From positions 21,686,795 to 21,750,794 of the forward strand of contig NC_092670.1 of the NCBI RefSeq assembly GCF_964355755.1: 64,000 nt of DNA, given 5' to 3'. The translations under genes and the position numbers were made by a program. The stretch is from Antedon mediterranea. Its lineage: Eukaryota; Animalia; Echinodermata. The stretch's first letter is position 1, and each line of letters opens with the position of its first letter. Shown piece after piece: positions 50,480 through 61,939 of this stretch. The notes beneath the pieces are model-generated. The model was not told where the DNA came from. It ran no database searches and saw nothing but the letters and a program-made list of their open reading frames with translations.

Positions 50480-51213
50480 GTTTGGTAAACAAAACACATG
50501 TTCGAAACTGATGAAAAATTAATTTCGGTTGGAAAGCATCACTGTGTCATTTCCGATATTAGAGGTCATACGTGTATAAGCTGCGAAATAATGAATTTTC
50601 AATATAACTGGCTTCCTTTGCGTCAGATCTCTTGAACTTTACCGATATAGCTTTCCGGTAAAACTTGAACCCTTACAGAATGTCACTGTGGCTACCGGAT
50701 GTAGCTACTACACACACACTTTATCAACCCTTTAATTGTAATACCAGTTGGGAAGTAAATTAAATAAATATTAGGCGTGCCAAATACAAATCATTTCAAT
50801 GTATTGACTAAATATAATCACATTCCAATTTATTCATCCACCAATGGCCACCACCAGTATATATTTCAACCAGAAAATAGAAAACACAATAGGCCTAATT
50901 TGAGAACGGACGAACGCATGCCAACGTGTTTGTGAATATTATTATTATTTGTTTAATTTGAAACTAAAATGTATGGCATCTGTAGAAAAACGATTTTTCG
51001 ATAGAGTGATCGATTCGTTACTGTAAGACTAGTTTCATTACAATGCAGGACGGATACTCTTAGTCTGGGTTCCAGACGGAGTTTTGTCTTAATATTAGTA
51101 AAAAGATAAATATTTTGGCACATATGGCGTTTCATACGTATACTAAAAAAAAAACAAAAAACAAATAAAAAAAAAGAAGATAATACAGACTTGGGGTAAG
51201 TCTAGGATACTCT

Positions 51214-51473
51214 ATGTCTAAGGGATAATACAAGGGATAAATATAAGAATATGTCTAAGGGATAAATATGTCTAAGGGATAAATATGTCTAAGGGATAAA
51301 TATGTCTAAGGGATAAATATGTCTAAGGGATAAATATGTCTAAGGGATAAATATGTCTAAGGGATAAATATGTCTAAGGGATAAATATGTCTAAGGGATA
51401 AATATGTCTAAGGGATAAATATGTCTAAGGGATAAATATGTCTAAGGGATAATACAAGGGATAAATATAAGAA
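51214..51473. repeat. 17-bp minisatellite (ATGTCTAAGGGATAAAT), ~12 perfect copies
   Basis: Perfect tandem array at 51251-51452, bracketed by a duplicated 36-bp variant unit. Confidence 0.95.
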
Positions 51474-51759
51474 GCAAACATAAGAACATCTTTGCAAACT
51501 GCGAATAAAATAGTGAGGCATAATTATGCCTACTTATAGTTACTACAACATGTAGAGTACTACTACTAAATAGAATAAAGATCATTCTTAATTCAGTTTC
51601 GATAATAGCTAGATATTTACTTCTGAATGTTATCGCGATTACATCAAGAAGGTGGCGTTGCTACTGATATGCCTTGCCTCCAATTGTTTGGTAATATCAC
51701 AATAATATTAATAATAATGATAATTTAGATTAGAAATCTTAAATTCCATAAAACATCTT

Positions 51760-52505
51760 CAAATGACGCTACAAAATATATTTAAATTTAACAATAAGAT
51801 ATTTCAATAAGTTACGATTCATAATAAAAAGCATGAATGACAATGAAATAGTCAAGGAAAAATGACAAGATATTTAAATTTAACAATAAGATATTTCATA
51901 CAAATAAAAATACCCCATGACAGGATTAAAATTGAGCTTAAAAAAGAAAAATGACGCTACAAGATATTTAAATTTAACGACAAGATATTTCATAAAAAGT
52001 TAAAATGACCCATGACAGGATTAAAATTGAGCTTAATTACAATATGATTCATTATAAAAAGCATGAATGACAAGAAATAGTCAAGGAAAAATGACAAGAT
52101 ATTTAAATTTAACAATAAGATATTTCATAAAAAGTTGAAATAACCCATGACAGGATTAAAATTGAGCTTTTTTACAATACAATGTGACAATTAAAAAGTT
52201 ATGATTCATTATAAAAGCATGAAAAAAAATGAGATACGGTATAGTCAAGTAACAATGACGCTACAAGATATTTGAATTTAACAACAAAATATTTCATAAA
52301 AAGTTAAAATGACCCATGACAGGACTAAAATATAGCTTAATTACAGTACAATGTGAACATTAAAAAGTTACGATTCATTATAAAAAGCTAAATAAAAATG
52401 AGATAGTCAAGGAAAAATGACGCTACAAGATTTAAATTTAACAATAATGTATTTGATAAAAAGTTAAAATAACCCATGACAGGATTAAAATTGAGTTTAA
52501 TTACA
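51760..52505. repeat. Degenerate AT-rich tandem repeat with irregular period
   Basis: Recurrent AATGAC(GCTAC)AAGATATTTAAATTTAACAATAAGATATTTCATA..CCCATGACAGGATTAAAATTGAGCTT, 5-6 times. Confidence 0.8.
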
Positions 52506-52674
52506 AAAACACTTGATTTAATTTATTCACAAAACGCAAGAATAAAATGAAATACAACAGAACCCCTTATTTGGGAAACCTCTAATTAAGGAACACTTTT
52601 CCTATGAAACGAACAAGAAGAATGTTTTAACCTTCTGTCATTGTAAGGGCTACTGTATATTTATATACATATAT

Positions 52675-52947
52675 AAATAAATAAAATAATAGCAGAAAAC
52701 TTGGTTACTTCATTGTTTTAATCACTACAACTACAATCACTTCTATTAAGCACTATGAGACAACTGTGTCACTTATGTTTTATATTTCACCTGAAGATTG
52801 CGGCCAGCTACATGCTGGTCGTACGAAACAAATTTGTAGTGATTAAAACAATGAAGTAACCAAGTTTTCTGCTGTTATTTTATTTATTTATGCTCTACCT
52901 TGGTATTGAGCACTCTATCCTAACGGTCTGATAATTTCAACCTGAGT
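52675..52947 (+). mobile_element. Penelope-like element fragment with an inverted terminal segment
   Basis: 52675-52730 is the reverse complement of 52835-52890; contains a hammerhead motif; flanked by TA-rich/(TA)n sequence. Confidence 0.65.
52787..52842 (+). ncRNA. Type I hammerhead ribozyme motif
   Basis: TCAC-CTGAAGA-T-TGCGGCCAGC(TACAT)GCTGGTCGTA-C-GAA-ACAAATTTGT-A-GTGA: stem I TCAC/GTGA, 10-bp stem II, palindromic stem III, cleavage triplet GUA (after 52838). Confidence 0.7.
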
Positions 52948-52989
52948 ATATATATATATATATATATGACGTTATCCAAATTCCTTCAC

Positions 52990-53031
52990 TTGCACTGATG
53001 AAGGGCTAGTGTTGCCCGAAAGCTCTGCTAA
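52990..53031 (+). ncRNA. Minimal hammerhead ribozyme motif in a second Penelope-like fragment (52987-53160)
   Basis: TTGCA-CTGATGA-A-GGGC(TAGTGTT)GCCC-GAA-AGCT-C-TGC; palindromic AGCT helix III. Confidence 0.55.
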
Positions 53032-53178
53032 CTTTTCTGGCTGTTTACTCTATCGTTTTGATTTAGCTTTTCGCTTTTTATTTTTGTATCTCCATTGAGA
53101 TCCAGCCACTGATACCCACAGCATTGTCATTTTTTTCAGTAATTTGCCTTTGGATTTATATATATATATATAAACACA

Positions 53179-53761
53179 ATTCTCGGCGTGGTACGGTTGG
53201 AACACAACTAGTCCTCAGTTGTACGCACGCGCACCAGAGATCAAATTGATACGCCCTCATCTATAATTCAGTATATTTATTCACTAAGCGGGATCTCGAG
53301 AGATACTTTTATATATATATATAAACACAACAGGCATAAAAATAAATTCCAAACCACCCGGTGATACACTGAAAATTATTTAATTAATTTTTGAAACGAT
53401 AAAGATGAGGAAATCTGTGAGAATGAGAAAATGTCGCCCCAACCGAGACTCGAACTCGGACCGTCTGCTTGATATGCAGTTGCCCTAACCATTAGACCAC
53501 TGAGGCTTTCATCTCATCATGGAGTAAAGAATATTACTCCATGATCTCATGGTATTGTTCTTTAACTCGATCGGATAACGACCCTTTAACATTCTCGGCG
53601 TGGTACGGTTGGAACACAACTAATCCTCAGTTGTACGCACGCGCACCAGAGATCAAATTGATACGCCCTCGTCTATAATTCAGTATAATTTATTCACTAA
53701 GCGGGATCTCGAGAGATACTTTTATATAATATAAACACAATAGGCATAGAAATAAATTCCA
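53179..53761. repeat. ~170-bp direct repeats (53179-53351 / 53591-53761) flanking a tRNA-like sequence
   Basis: ATTCTCGGCGTGGTACGGTTGGAACACAACTA..GCGGGATCTCGAGAGATACTTTTATAT..AAACACAA.AGGCATA.AAATAAATTCCA occurs twice. Confidence 0.85.
53436..53507 (-). tRNA. tRNA-like sequence, Asp-like with ATC anticodon; probably a repeat-borne pseudo-tRNA
   Basis: GCCTCAG-TG-GTCT AATGGTTA GGGC-A-ACTGC ATATCAA GCAGA-CGGT-CCGAG TTCGAGT CTCGG-TTGGGGC-G folds as a cloverleaf and is followed by TTTT. A32 and an A27:A43 mismatch are atypical. Confidence 0.5.
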
Positions 53762-54020
53762 TATGTATTTGTTATATCTTTGTTAATTTTGTATTTTTAT
53801 ATAGTTTATTTTATTTACTGTTTGTATTGTTTGAGGGTCCCTAATGATCAGCTTTGCTGGATAGATCACCCTCATAAAATATTGTTGAAATAAATAAAAA
53901 TTAAAAAAACACTATGTATGGAAAGCCCCTATTGAGGGGACACCCCTGTTAAGAGGACACTTGGTGGGTTCCTAATATGTTTCTTAATAATAGGGGTTCT
54001 ACTGTAATAAAGAAATACTC

Positions 54021-57000
54021 TTAATCATTCATAGGGCTAATTTCAAAATCTACTTGGGTGTTATCTTTCATCATTTTCAAATGACAACGATGCTTGTAAA
54101 AAAATCCCGTACAGTCCGATTTCTCTAGACACATTATGGCACATCTCGTACTACTCCCGTTTGTGTCCCGAATCAAACCAATGAGTCTTTCAGACGACCG
54201 CCGCATGAAAACTATTGGAAAACAACGAAAGTCATTATTTACATTTCTGCAGTAACTAATGAAATAGTATTAAAGAATACTCTCTGCACATTGTATTATC
54301 GTAGTGTTAGTCAAGAACAACATTATTATTTCTATCTGTACATCGATAATCGTCTTCACTCGTCGGTGCTGTTCGAGTTGAATCCCGACGAGACGAGTCG
54401 TCTTGAGATAGCGTCGGGCGTAGTTTTTAGGTCGTCGTGAAAACTTTAAACACACAACCTTGCACCGTTCATTATTGGTTTGGACACGTTCCAAATCTAA
54501 ACATTACCTAAGCATCTGTTTAGATATATTTTCTGGCTAATTATTTTAATGAGCAAAGTGTAGTGAATTACGTGTAGGCTTACTTACATTGAGACTTCTT
54601 GGTGGTTTTACAAACTCGTGAACTGATTCCTCGTATCACTAAAATGATCAAATTTGTTACAATTACAATATTACTTTTCATTCATTTAGGCGTATTGCCT
54701 GCCTTTGTTAAGTGCTTAGTTTGGTAAAATTAAGTAAATATGATTACAAAAAAAAATTTCTTTTATATCTGAAATTATTAGCATGATAAATATATTTGGA
54801 TGGATAATGGTTCTTGGATCCCGTGATGCCATTAAACGGTAAAATTTAAAAGTAGGATTATTAGTAAATAAAGTATAGGTATACATTCTTTTCTGATTTC
54901 TTGGTAACGAGAGCAAATAATAACAAAATGATATTCAACTTCATTTATATTACATATTTTACATAACCTATTACTGCGTTTTGGTGGTTATAGGCTATAA
55001 GTTGCATAACACTCCCCCGTAGTATTAGTGGTTGACCCTCACATAAGAGTCGCCCAAAGAATCGCTCAAAGTTGTTGCTACTTGTGTATTAACGAAGAAG
55101 CTAATTTTTAGAAGTACTTGCATTTGACTGAAAAAAGAACATCCTTCTCATATCCATGAGTTTGTCTGGCGCCACCGACGTTTTGTGGGCAACAACCGTT
55201 CAGATCAACGCGTATAATGTGGTCACCATTCGCTGAATATACATAGATATATTTCCCGAGAATAATCAGATCAGCTGGATTGCGTAAGTCTGGAAAGGAG
55301 GTCGACGCTATTATCATCTGAACGCTGGTGAAATTAGTAGTATCACAAGCATAAATAGCATCTGTGTCCTCTCGAGCCCAATAAAGCCGTGAACCTGATG
55401 AAATATTATAAGTAAACGTTAACTGATGGTATAACATCTGAACATCCTGGACATGGTTTCAGGGTCTTTACACACCTGTTCCGGTCCGGCGCCGGAAAAT
55501 CCAATCAATCGAATGTTTCGTTTTCATATTTAACTAATCCGTGCAATTGGGCAACCTAAAAGGCAACAACTCGTGAAATTCGGTAACCTGGGATTCGGTA
55601 ACCCGGTATTCGGCAACTGACAACCCATGAAATCAATTCGGCAAAACTCGGGATTCGAAAACTTAAGATTTGACACTACCTAACCCACGGAATTCGCCAA
55701 CTCAATATTCAGCAATACAGGAAATAAATAAGATTTAAAAGATGGCTTACACTAGTTCATACTTACCTGTTGAATCTAATGCCAGACCAGTAAACTGTGT
55801 AGTCGATATTAGAAGTTCAAATTCAGTTATTGTGGTGTTCATAGGAAACCGATATAACCCGACATTGAATGCACCGAAAAAGATGTACCTAAGTAAAAAC
55901 AAAGTGATAGGCCTAAATAATAACAAGTTGTAGGAATAGAGAGTATCATATTTGTGGTGGGTATGTTATTAGTTTGTGCACTGTTTGTTTGTAACATCAT
56001 TATTTTCTAGTTTATATATTATATAAATCCAAAGGCAATTTACTGAATATTGACAATGCTGTGGGTATCAGTGGCTGGATGTTAATGGAGACACACAATA
56101 AAATAAGCAAAACGCTAAATTAAACAGTCAGCTAAATTAACAGAGCTTTCGGGCAATACTAGCCCTTCATCAGTGCAAGTCTATCTATAGGCCTATATTA
56201 GATATATACTAACTGGTTATGCTGATCAATTTCTAAGTCAATAATATCATAGTGTGTATGTTTTAATATTAAGAGGTTGTCTCCTGTGTCCAAGTTGTAT
56301 ATACGCATCTCTCTGTCATCTCTACTGTTGTAGTACAAGTGCCGTTTTTCACCATCAATCGCCATAGAATAAGTATCTAAATAAAGTAAAAAACATAATA
56401 ATATTGATAATACGGATTTTATTAGTCGTGGCAAAACTGTTATTCCTCACTACAAAAATGCCTGAATTCACTTTGTTACTGCATATAATGTTCTCGGAGA
56501 GTATTTCAAGTGCTGAAGTCCATAAAATGTTATTGAGTTTAACTTTGCAGTAATAATGTAGTACAGGACTACAGTATCATAAAATCACTGACTCGCTATG
56601 TTTTCATGTTAAACAAATTTCGATTCAAACCCATCGTCACACTAAACTAAACCTTTCTTAATATTTTGTTGAACCATTATTGAAAAAAAAAACCTGAATT
56701 TAATCTTAAATAACAAATTCAAGACAAATTTATTTGGAACTCGGATATTAAATAGTGATAGCCAATGTCTAAATACGATAGTAGCTAAATATCTTAAGTT
56801 GGCCTACTTACATTAAGGGCGCCGTTAAAAATATTGCTAATTAGTCCCGAACGGCGCCCCGTATACTTACATGGTCCTGACACTGCTATTTCGTGTATAA
56901 TGCTTCCATCCAAGCGCGTTCTGTATATTCCTCTATCCCCGTTTTTCACGGAATAGTACACAAAGTCTTCTACGTGATCATAAGCTAAACCTCTCATATA

Positions 57001-58222
57001 TATATCGTCATGTAGTTGAAGTAAGTTGTTAGTGATATTCAATGGTTGATTTTCAGACTCTAAACACGTGTAGTAGACAGACTTTTCGTCCAATGTTGTC
57101 GACAATACCATGTATTCTGTTAACATTTAAATAGAGAAAATTAATTTATCATGGTCATGATCATGATCATCATCATTAGTGGAAATCATCATTTCCTTTT
57201 ATTGTCATTTGCATATACAGTAAAACAAAATATACATAGAAATTGTGTTTGCTCTGAGATGCAAACTACAGATATAAATAACAAAAAAAAACATCACATC
57301 ACTCTCGTACGGTTTCCCAACTAGCATTCAGTGCCCGAATGGCAGCTGGATAGAAGCTGTTGCGAAACCTATTAGTACAAGAAGTAATGGACCGGTAACA
57401 TCTACCGCTACGTAAATAACATCTCAAATACAATAATTATGCATGGGATGACTTGAATCTAGCAATATACATGCAATGAAAGATGAAACCAAATGAAATT
57501 ATTTGTCCCATTTCACGAATATAAAACATTCATTATTTGTTTTATACACATCTATTCGAGAATTTGGAGCAATGTTGACGGCTTACACTACAGGGTGATG
57601 TTCAAACGTTTAGCGTTCCGGTTCCTCACTGTTGTTTCACAACAAGAATAATGCACTCTGACGTAGAGTTTAATAGTATGGCTATTTAACATTATGTGAC
57701 CCACAATCCTCCAATCAAATGACAAGAATCTATTCAGGTTTGTTATAAAGTAAGAATAATAATCGCCTTTTGCATTCCGAGATTAATATATCATCATCAA
57801 GAATTAAGGCGTATCTTTTCAAAGTAAAAGACGAAATGATATACCGTATATACACAATTTAAACACATTTCCCAGTATTTTGTTATATTTCGTTTTAAGT
57901 CACACATACGAAGCGATAACAATTCATCATCTTTTATAGCGCACTTAACAAGACTTCTAAAATCAGAGCGATCATTGGTCAGTGTTGTGCGTAGACTTTT
58001 TTTCTTTTCGTGTCATTCTCTGTTACAGTTTTCAACATTAATATATATTTTTGTTAAAGGTTCATGCAAAATACAGTATAAAAGTACAGTGTAATAGATA
58101 ATCATTTGATTGCTAAAAGCATTGTATTGAATTAAGAGCGTTATTAGCATACCTGTACTGAACCCTTTTCTTGCACAATTAAGAAGTAGAATTGTGGTAA
58201 CGATAGATGAATACTTTGCCAT
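54021..58222 (-). CDS. Secreted YWTD/LDLR-class-B-like beta-propeller protein with a C-terminal PAN/Apple-like module
   Basis: Exons 58222-58153 (signal peptide), 57116-56871 (GLAYDHVEDFVYYS..IYRTRLDGS), 56376-56214 (MAIDGEKRHLYY), 55888-55767 (TGLALDST), 55394-~55120 (RLYWARED..IIRVDLNG), possibly 54638-54584, and 54246-54021 (RCAIMCLEKSDCTGFFY..C.L). The first five exons are phase-consistent; the 3' splicing is ambiguous. Confidence 0.7.
56020..56180 (-). mobile_element. Second copy of the hammerhead-bearing Penelope-like fragment (HHR motif 56138-56179)
   Basis: Reverse complement CTTGCACTGATGAAGGGCTAGTATTGCCCGAAAGCTCTG..TCCAGCCACTGATACCCACAGCATTGTC..GCCTTTGGATTT(AT)n matches 52987-53160. 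Confidence 0.7.
57150..57470 (-). mobile_element. Rex1/Babar-type LINE 3' fragment
   Basis: Minus strand encodes LDSSHPMH..LRSGRCYRSITSCTNRFRNSFYPAAIRALN, the typical post-RT C-terminus (SGRRYR..T.RF.NSF.P.AIR.LN), followed by AATAAA and a (GAT)n-like tail. Confidence 0.7.
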
Positions 58223-58520
58223 TACACAAACTTTCTGTCAAAAATAATTTATAAACTTTGGCAAATATTTGTAGATATTTGAAGAAAAAAAATGATTATT
58301 TAATTTTATGTGACGCATTACGTACCTGGAATCAGATTTATCAAACTTGCTTATAAAAAAACAAGAAAAAAAACTTAACCACATATATTTTGTGCATGTT
58401 GTTTCTTTAATCTTTCATAATCTTTCTATAATTTAAGTTTGATCAATAATACAAAGCAGTTTTTCTATAGTTAGTTGAAACTAATAAAAATACTGAAAAA
58501 ATATTGATAAATACTATAGC

Positions 58521-60283
58521 CGACCGTACTTACTGTTGCTGTATCGTACTTACTGTTGCTGTATCGTACTTACTGTTGCTGTACCGTACCTACTGTTTCT
58601 GTACCGTACTTACTGTTGCTGTACCGTACTTACTGTTGCTGTACCGTACTTACTGTTGCTTTACCGTACTTACTGTTGCTGTACCGTACTTACTGTTGCT
58701 GTATCGTACTTACTGTTGCTGTACCGTACCTACTGTTGCTGTATCGTACCTACTGTTGCTGTACCGTACTTACTGTTGCTTTGCCGTACTTACTGTTGCT
58801 TTGCCGTACTTACTGTTGCTGTACCGTACTTACTGTTGCTGTACCGTACTTACTGTTGCTGTACCGTACTTACTGTTGCTGTACCGTACTTACTGTTGCT
58901 GTACCGTACTTACTGTTGCTGTATCGTACTTACTGTTGCTGTACCGTACCTACTGTTTCTGTACCGTACTTACTGTTGCTGTACCGTACTTACTGTTGCT
59001 GTACCGTACTTACTGTTGCTTTACCGTACTTACTGTTGCTGTACCGTACTTACTGTTGCTGTATCGTACTTACTGTTGCTGTACCGTACTTACTGTTGCT
59101 TTACCGTACTTACTGTTGCTGTACCGTACTTACTGTTGCTGTATCGTACTTACTGTTGCTGTACCGTACCTACTGTTGCTGTATCGTACCTACTGTTGCT
59201 GTACCGTACTTACTGTTGCTTTGCCGTACTTACTGTTGCTTTGCCGTACTTACTGTTGCTGTACCGTACTTACTGTTGCTGTACCGTACTTACTGTTGCT
59301 GTACCGTACTTACTGTTGCTGTACCGTACTTACTGTTGCTGTACCGTACTTACTGTTGCTGTACCGTACCTACTGTTGCTGTACCGTACTTACTGTTGCT
59401 GTATCGTACTTACTGTTGCTGTACCGTACTTACTGTTGCTGTACCGTACTTACTGTTGCTGTACCGTACTTACTGTTGCTGTACCGTACTTACTGTTGCT
59501 GTACCGTACTTACTGTTGCTGTACCATACTTACTGTTGCTGTACCGTACTTACTGTTGCTGTACCGTACTTACTGTTGCTGATGTATCGTACTTACTGTT
59601 GCTGTACCGTACTTACTGTTGCTGTACCGTACTTACTGTTGCTGTACCGTACCTACTGTTGCTGTACCGTACTTACTGTTGCTGTACCGTACTTACTGTT
59701 GCTGTACCGTACTTACTGTTGCTGTACCGTACTTACTGTTGCTTTACCGTACTTACTGTTGCTGTACCGTACTTACTGTTGCTGTACCGTACTTACTGTT
59801 GCTGTACCGTACTTACTGTTGCTGTACCGTACTTACTGTTGCTGTACCGTACTTACTGTTGCTTTACCGTACTTACTGTTGCTGTACCGTACTTACTGTT
59901 GCTGTACCGTACTTACTGTTGCTGTACCGTACTTACTATTGCTGTACCGTACTTACTGTTGCAGTACCGTACCTACTGTTGCTGTACCGTACTTACTGTT
60001 GCTGTACCGTACCTACTGTTGCTGTACCGTACTTACTGTTGCTGTACCGTACTTACTGTTGCTGTACCGTACTTACTGTTGCTGTACCTACTGTTGCTGT
60101 ACCGTACTTACTGTTGCTGTACCGTACTTACTGTTGCTGTACCGTACTTACTGTTGCTTTACCGTACTTACTGTTGCTGTACCGTACTTACTGTTGCTGT
60201 ACCGTACTTACTGTTGCTGTACCGTACTTACTATTGCTGTACCGTACTTACTGTTGCTGTACCGTACTTACTGTTGCTGTACC
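58521..60283. repeat. 20-bp minisatellite (GTACCGTACTTACTGTTGCT), ~88 copies
   Basis: Direct inspection. Variant patterns recur at 360 bp (58561 vs 58921). Accounts for the four long spurious + strand ORFs. Confidence 0.97.
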
Positions 60284-60317
60284 TTAGTTGCCTTTACTCC
60301 GTATACTGCTCCTTTTG

Positions 60318-60912
60318 TTCACGTTTCAACTGTATATATAACAATACTTTTATTTCTTGTGTTGATTGTAGATCTACTTATCGTAATGATTCGATTATCA
60401 ATATCTAGTTAGGTCATTTGCGATATATTTCAAGAAATAGAAAACTTTTTTTTTTTATATTATGGCGTGATGATCAATATTTTTTAATCAGTTTATGTAA
60501 CTTCAATAAGTGTAAAAATGAGCTAATATTACATTTATTGATAACATTATACACACTCAGTTAATTAGATTAAGAATTTTGGATGAAGAAAATAAGTCTA
60601 CGCATTTTATTCACGTTCAACTGTATATATTACAATACTATTATTTCTTGAGTTGATTAGATCTACTTTATATATCCTAATAATTCGATTATCAATATAT
60701 CTAGTTAGGTCACTTGCGAGAGGCTACATTTCAGAAGAAATAAAAAAAATGTCATGAAAACATGACTAATCTCTTTTTGATATTATGGCGTGATGATCAA
60801 TATTTTTTAATCAGTTTATGTAACTTCAATAGTGTCAAAATGAGCTAATATTACATTTATAGATAACATTACACACTCAGTTAATTACATTTTCCAATTT
60901 TGGATGAAGAAA
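60318..60912. repeat. ~290-bp tandem duplication (60318-60595 / 60610-60912)
   Basis: TTCACGTT(T)CAACTGTATATAT..TATTATGGCGTGATGATCAATATTTTTTAATCAGTTTATGTAACTTCAATA..TTTTGGATGAAGAAAT occurs twice. Confidence 0.85.
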
Positions 60913-61069
60913 TTATGAAGTAGCATTATTGTAGTATGAGGAATGCCTCGAGGTATGTTGTTTATTAAACCAAAAACTAAATTAATTTTTTGATATGTGC
61001 ATAAATAGATCACATAGAAGTTGTTCTGTTGATTTCTTCAAAACAGAGTAGGCGCATTCCCTTCGTTTC

Positions 61070-61775
61070 GCTGCAGACATCTCAACATTTCTCTTCGGCT
61101 GTAGACCTACTCATCATCACTCTCTTTTATTGCAGACATACTCTTCTACATTCCTCTTTCCTGCAGACCTATTCTTCAACATTCTTGCTGCATATACACT
61201 TCTAACAATCCTCTTTTGATACAGACCTACTCTTCTACATTTCTCTTTGCTGCAGACGGGGCTGTAGACCTACTCTTCAACAGTCTTTGCTGCAGACCTC
61301 TCTTCTACATTTCTCTTTGCTGCAGACGGGGCTGTAGACCTACTCTTCAACAGTCTTTGCTGCAGACCTCTCTTCTACATTTCTCTTTGCTGTAGACCTA
61401 CTCTTAAACAGTCTTTGCTGCAGACCTCTCTTCTACATTTCTCTTTGCTGCAGACGGGGCTGTAGACCTACTCTTCAACAGTCTTTGCTGCAGACCTCTC
61501 TTCTACATTTCTCTTTGCTGTAGACCTACTCTTAAACAGTCTTTGCTGCAGACCTCTCTTCTACATTTCTCTTTGCTGCAGACGGGGCTGCAGACCTACT
61601 CTTCAACAGTCTTTGCTGCAAACCTCTCTTTTACATTTCTCTTTGCTACAGACGGGGCTGTAGACCTACTCTTCTACATTTCTCTTTGCTGCAGACGGGG
61701 CTGTAGACCTACTCTTCAACAGTCTTTGCTGCAGATCTCTCTTCTACATTCCTCTCTTCTTGCAGACCTACTCTG
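61070..61775. repeat. Composite 58/70-bp minisatellite built from TGCAGACC/TCTTCTACATTTCTCTTTGC modules, probably in the 3' UTR of the EGF gene
   Basis: TCTTCTACATTTCTCTTTGC recurs at 61231, 61301, 61371 and onward. The unit is not a multiple of 3 and contains minus-strand stops. Confidence 0.8.
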
Positions 61776-61939
61776 TCATCACCTAAACGTTCATCTTCTG
61801 CTCAGGCATATGTTTACACATCCCTCATCTGGTCGGGTCAGGACGCACCTTACACTACCTCTTACATCACCATTCACAAAGCATATTATCATCATTCCTG
61901 CTTCACCATCACTCACAGTCTTCTCCATCATCTTTAGTT

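Larger units (their letters stand above)
52555..54004. mobile_element. Tc1/mariner-type MITE (TA flanks) acting as host for nested insertions
   Basis: TA|CAACAGAACCCCTTATT at 52553 and AATAGGGGTTCTACTG|TA at 54006. Confidence 0.55.

Noticed and set aside
55560-55720. Degenerate ATTCGGCAAC repeats
   Set aside because: Probably one arm of an old foldback; no partner arm or TSD found.
58504-60412. Long Cys/Leu-rich ORFs of 222-634 aa
   Set aside because: Translation of a 20-bp stop-free minisatellite that cycles through all three frames.
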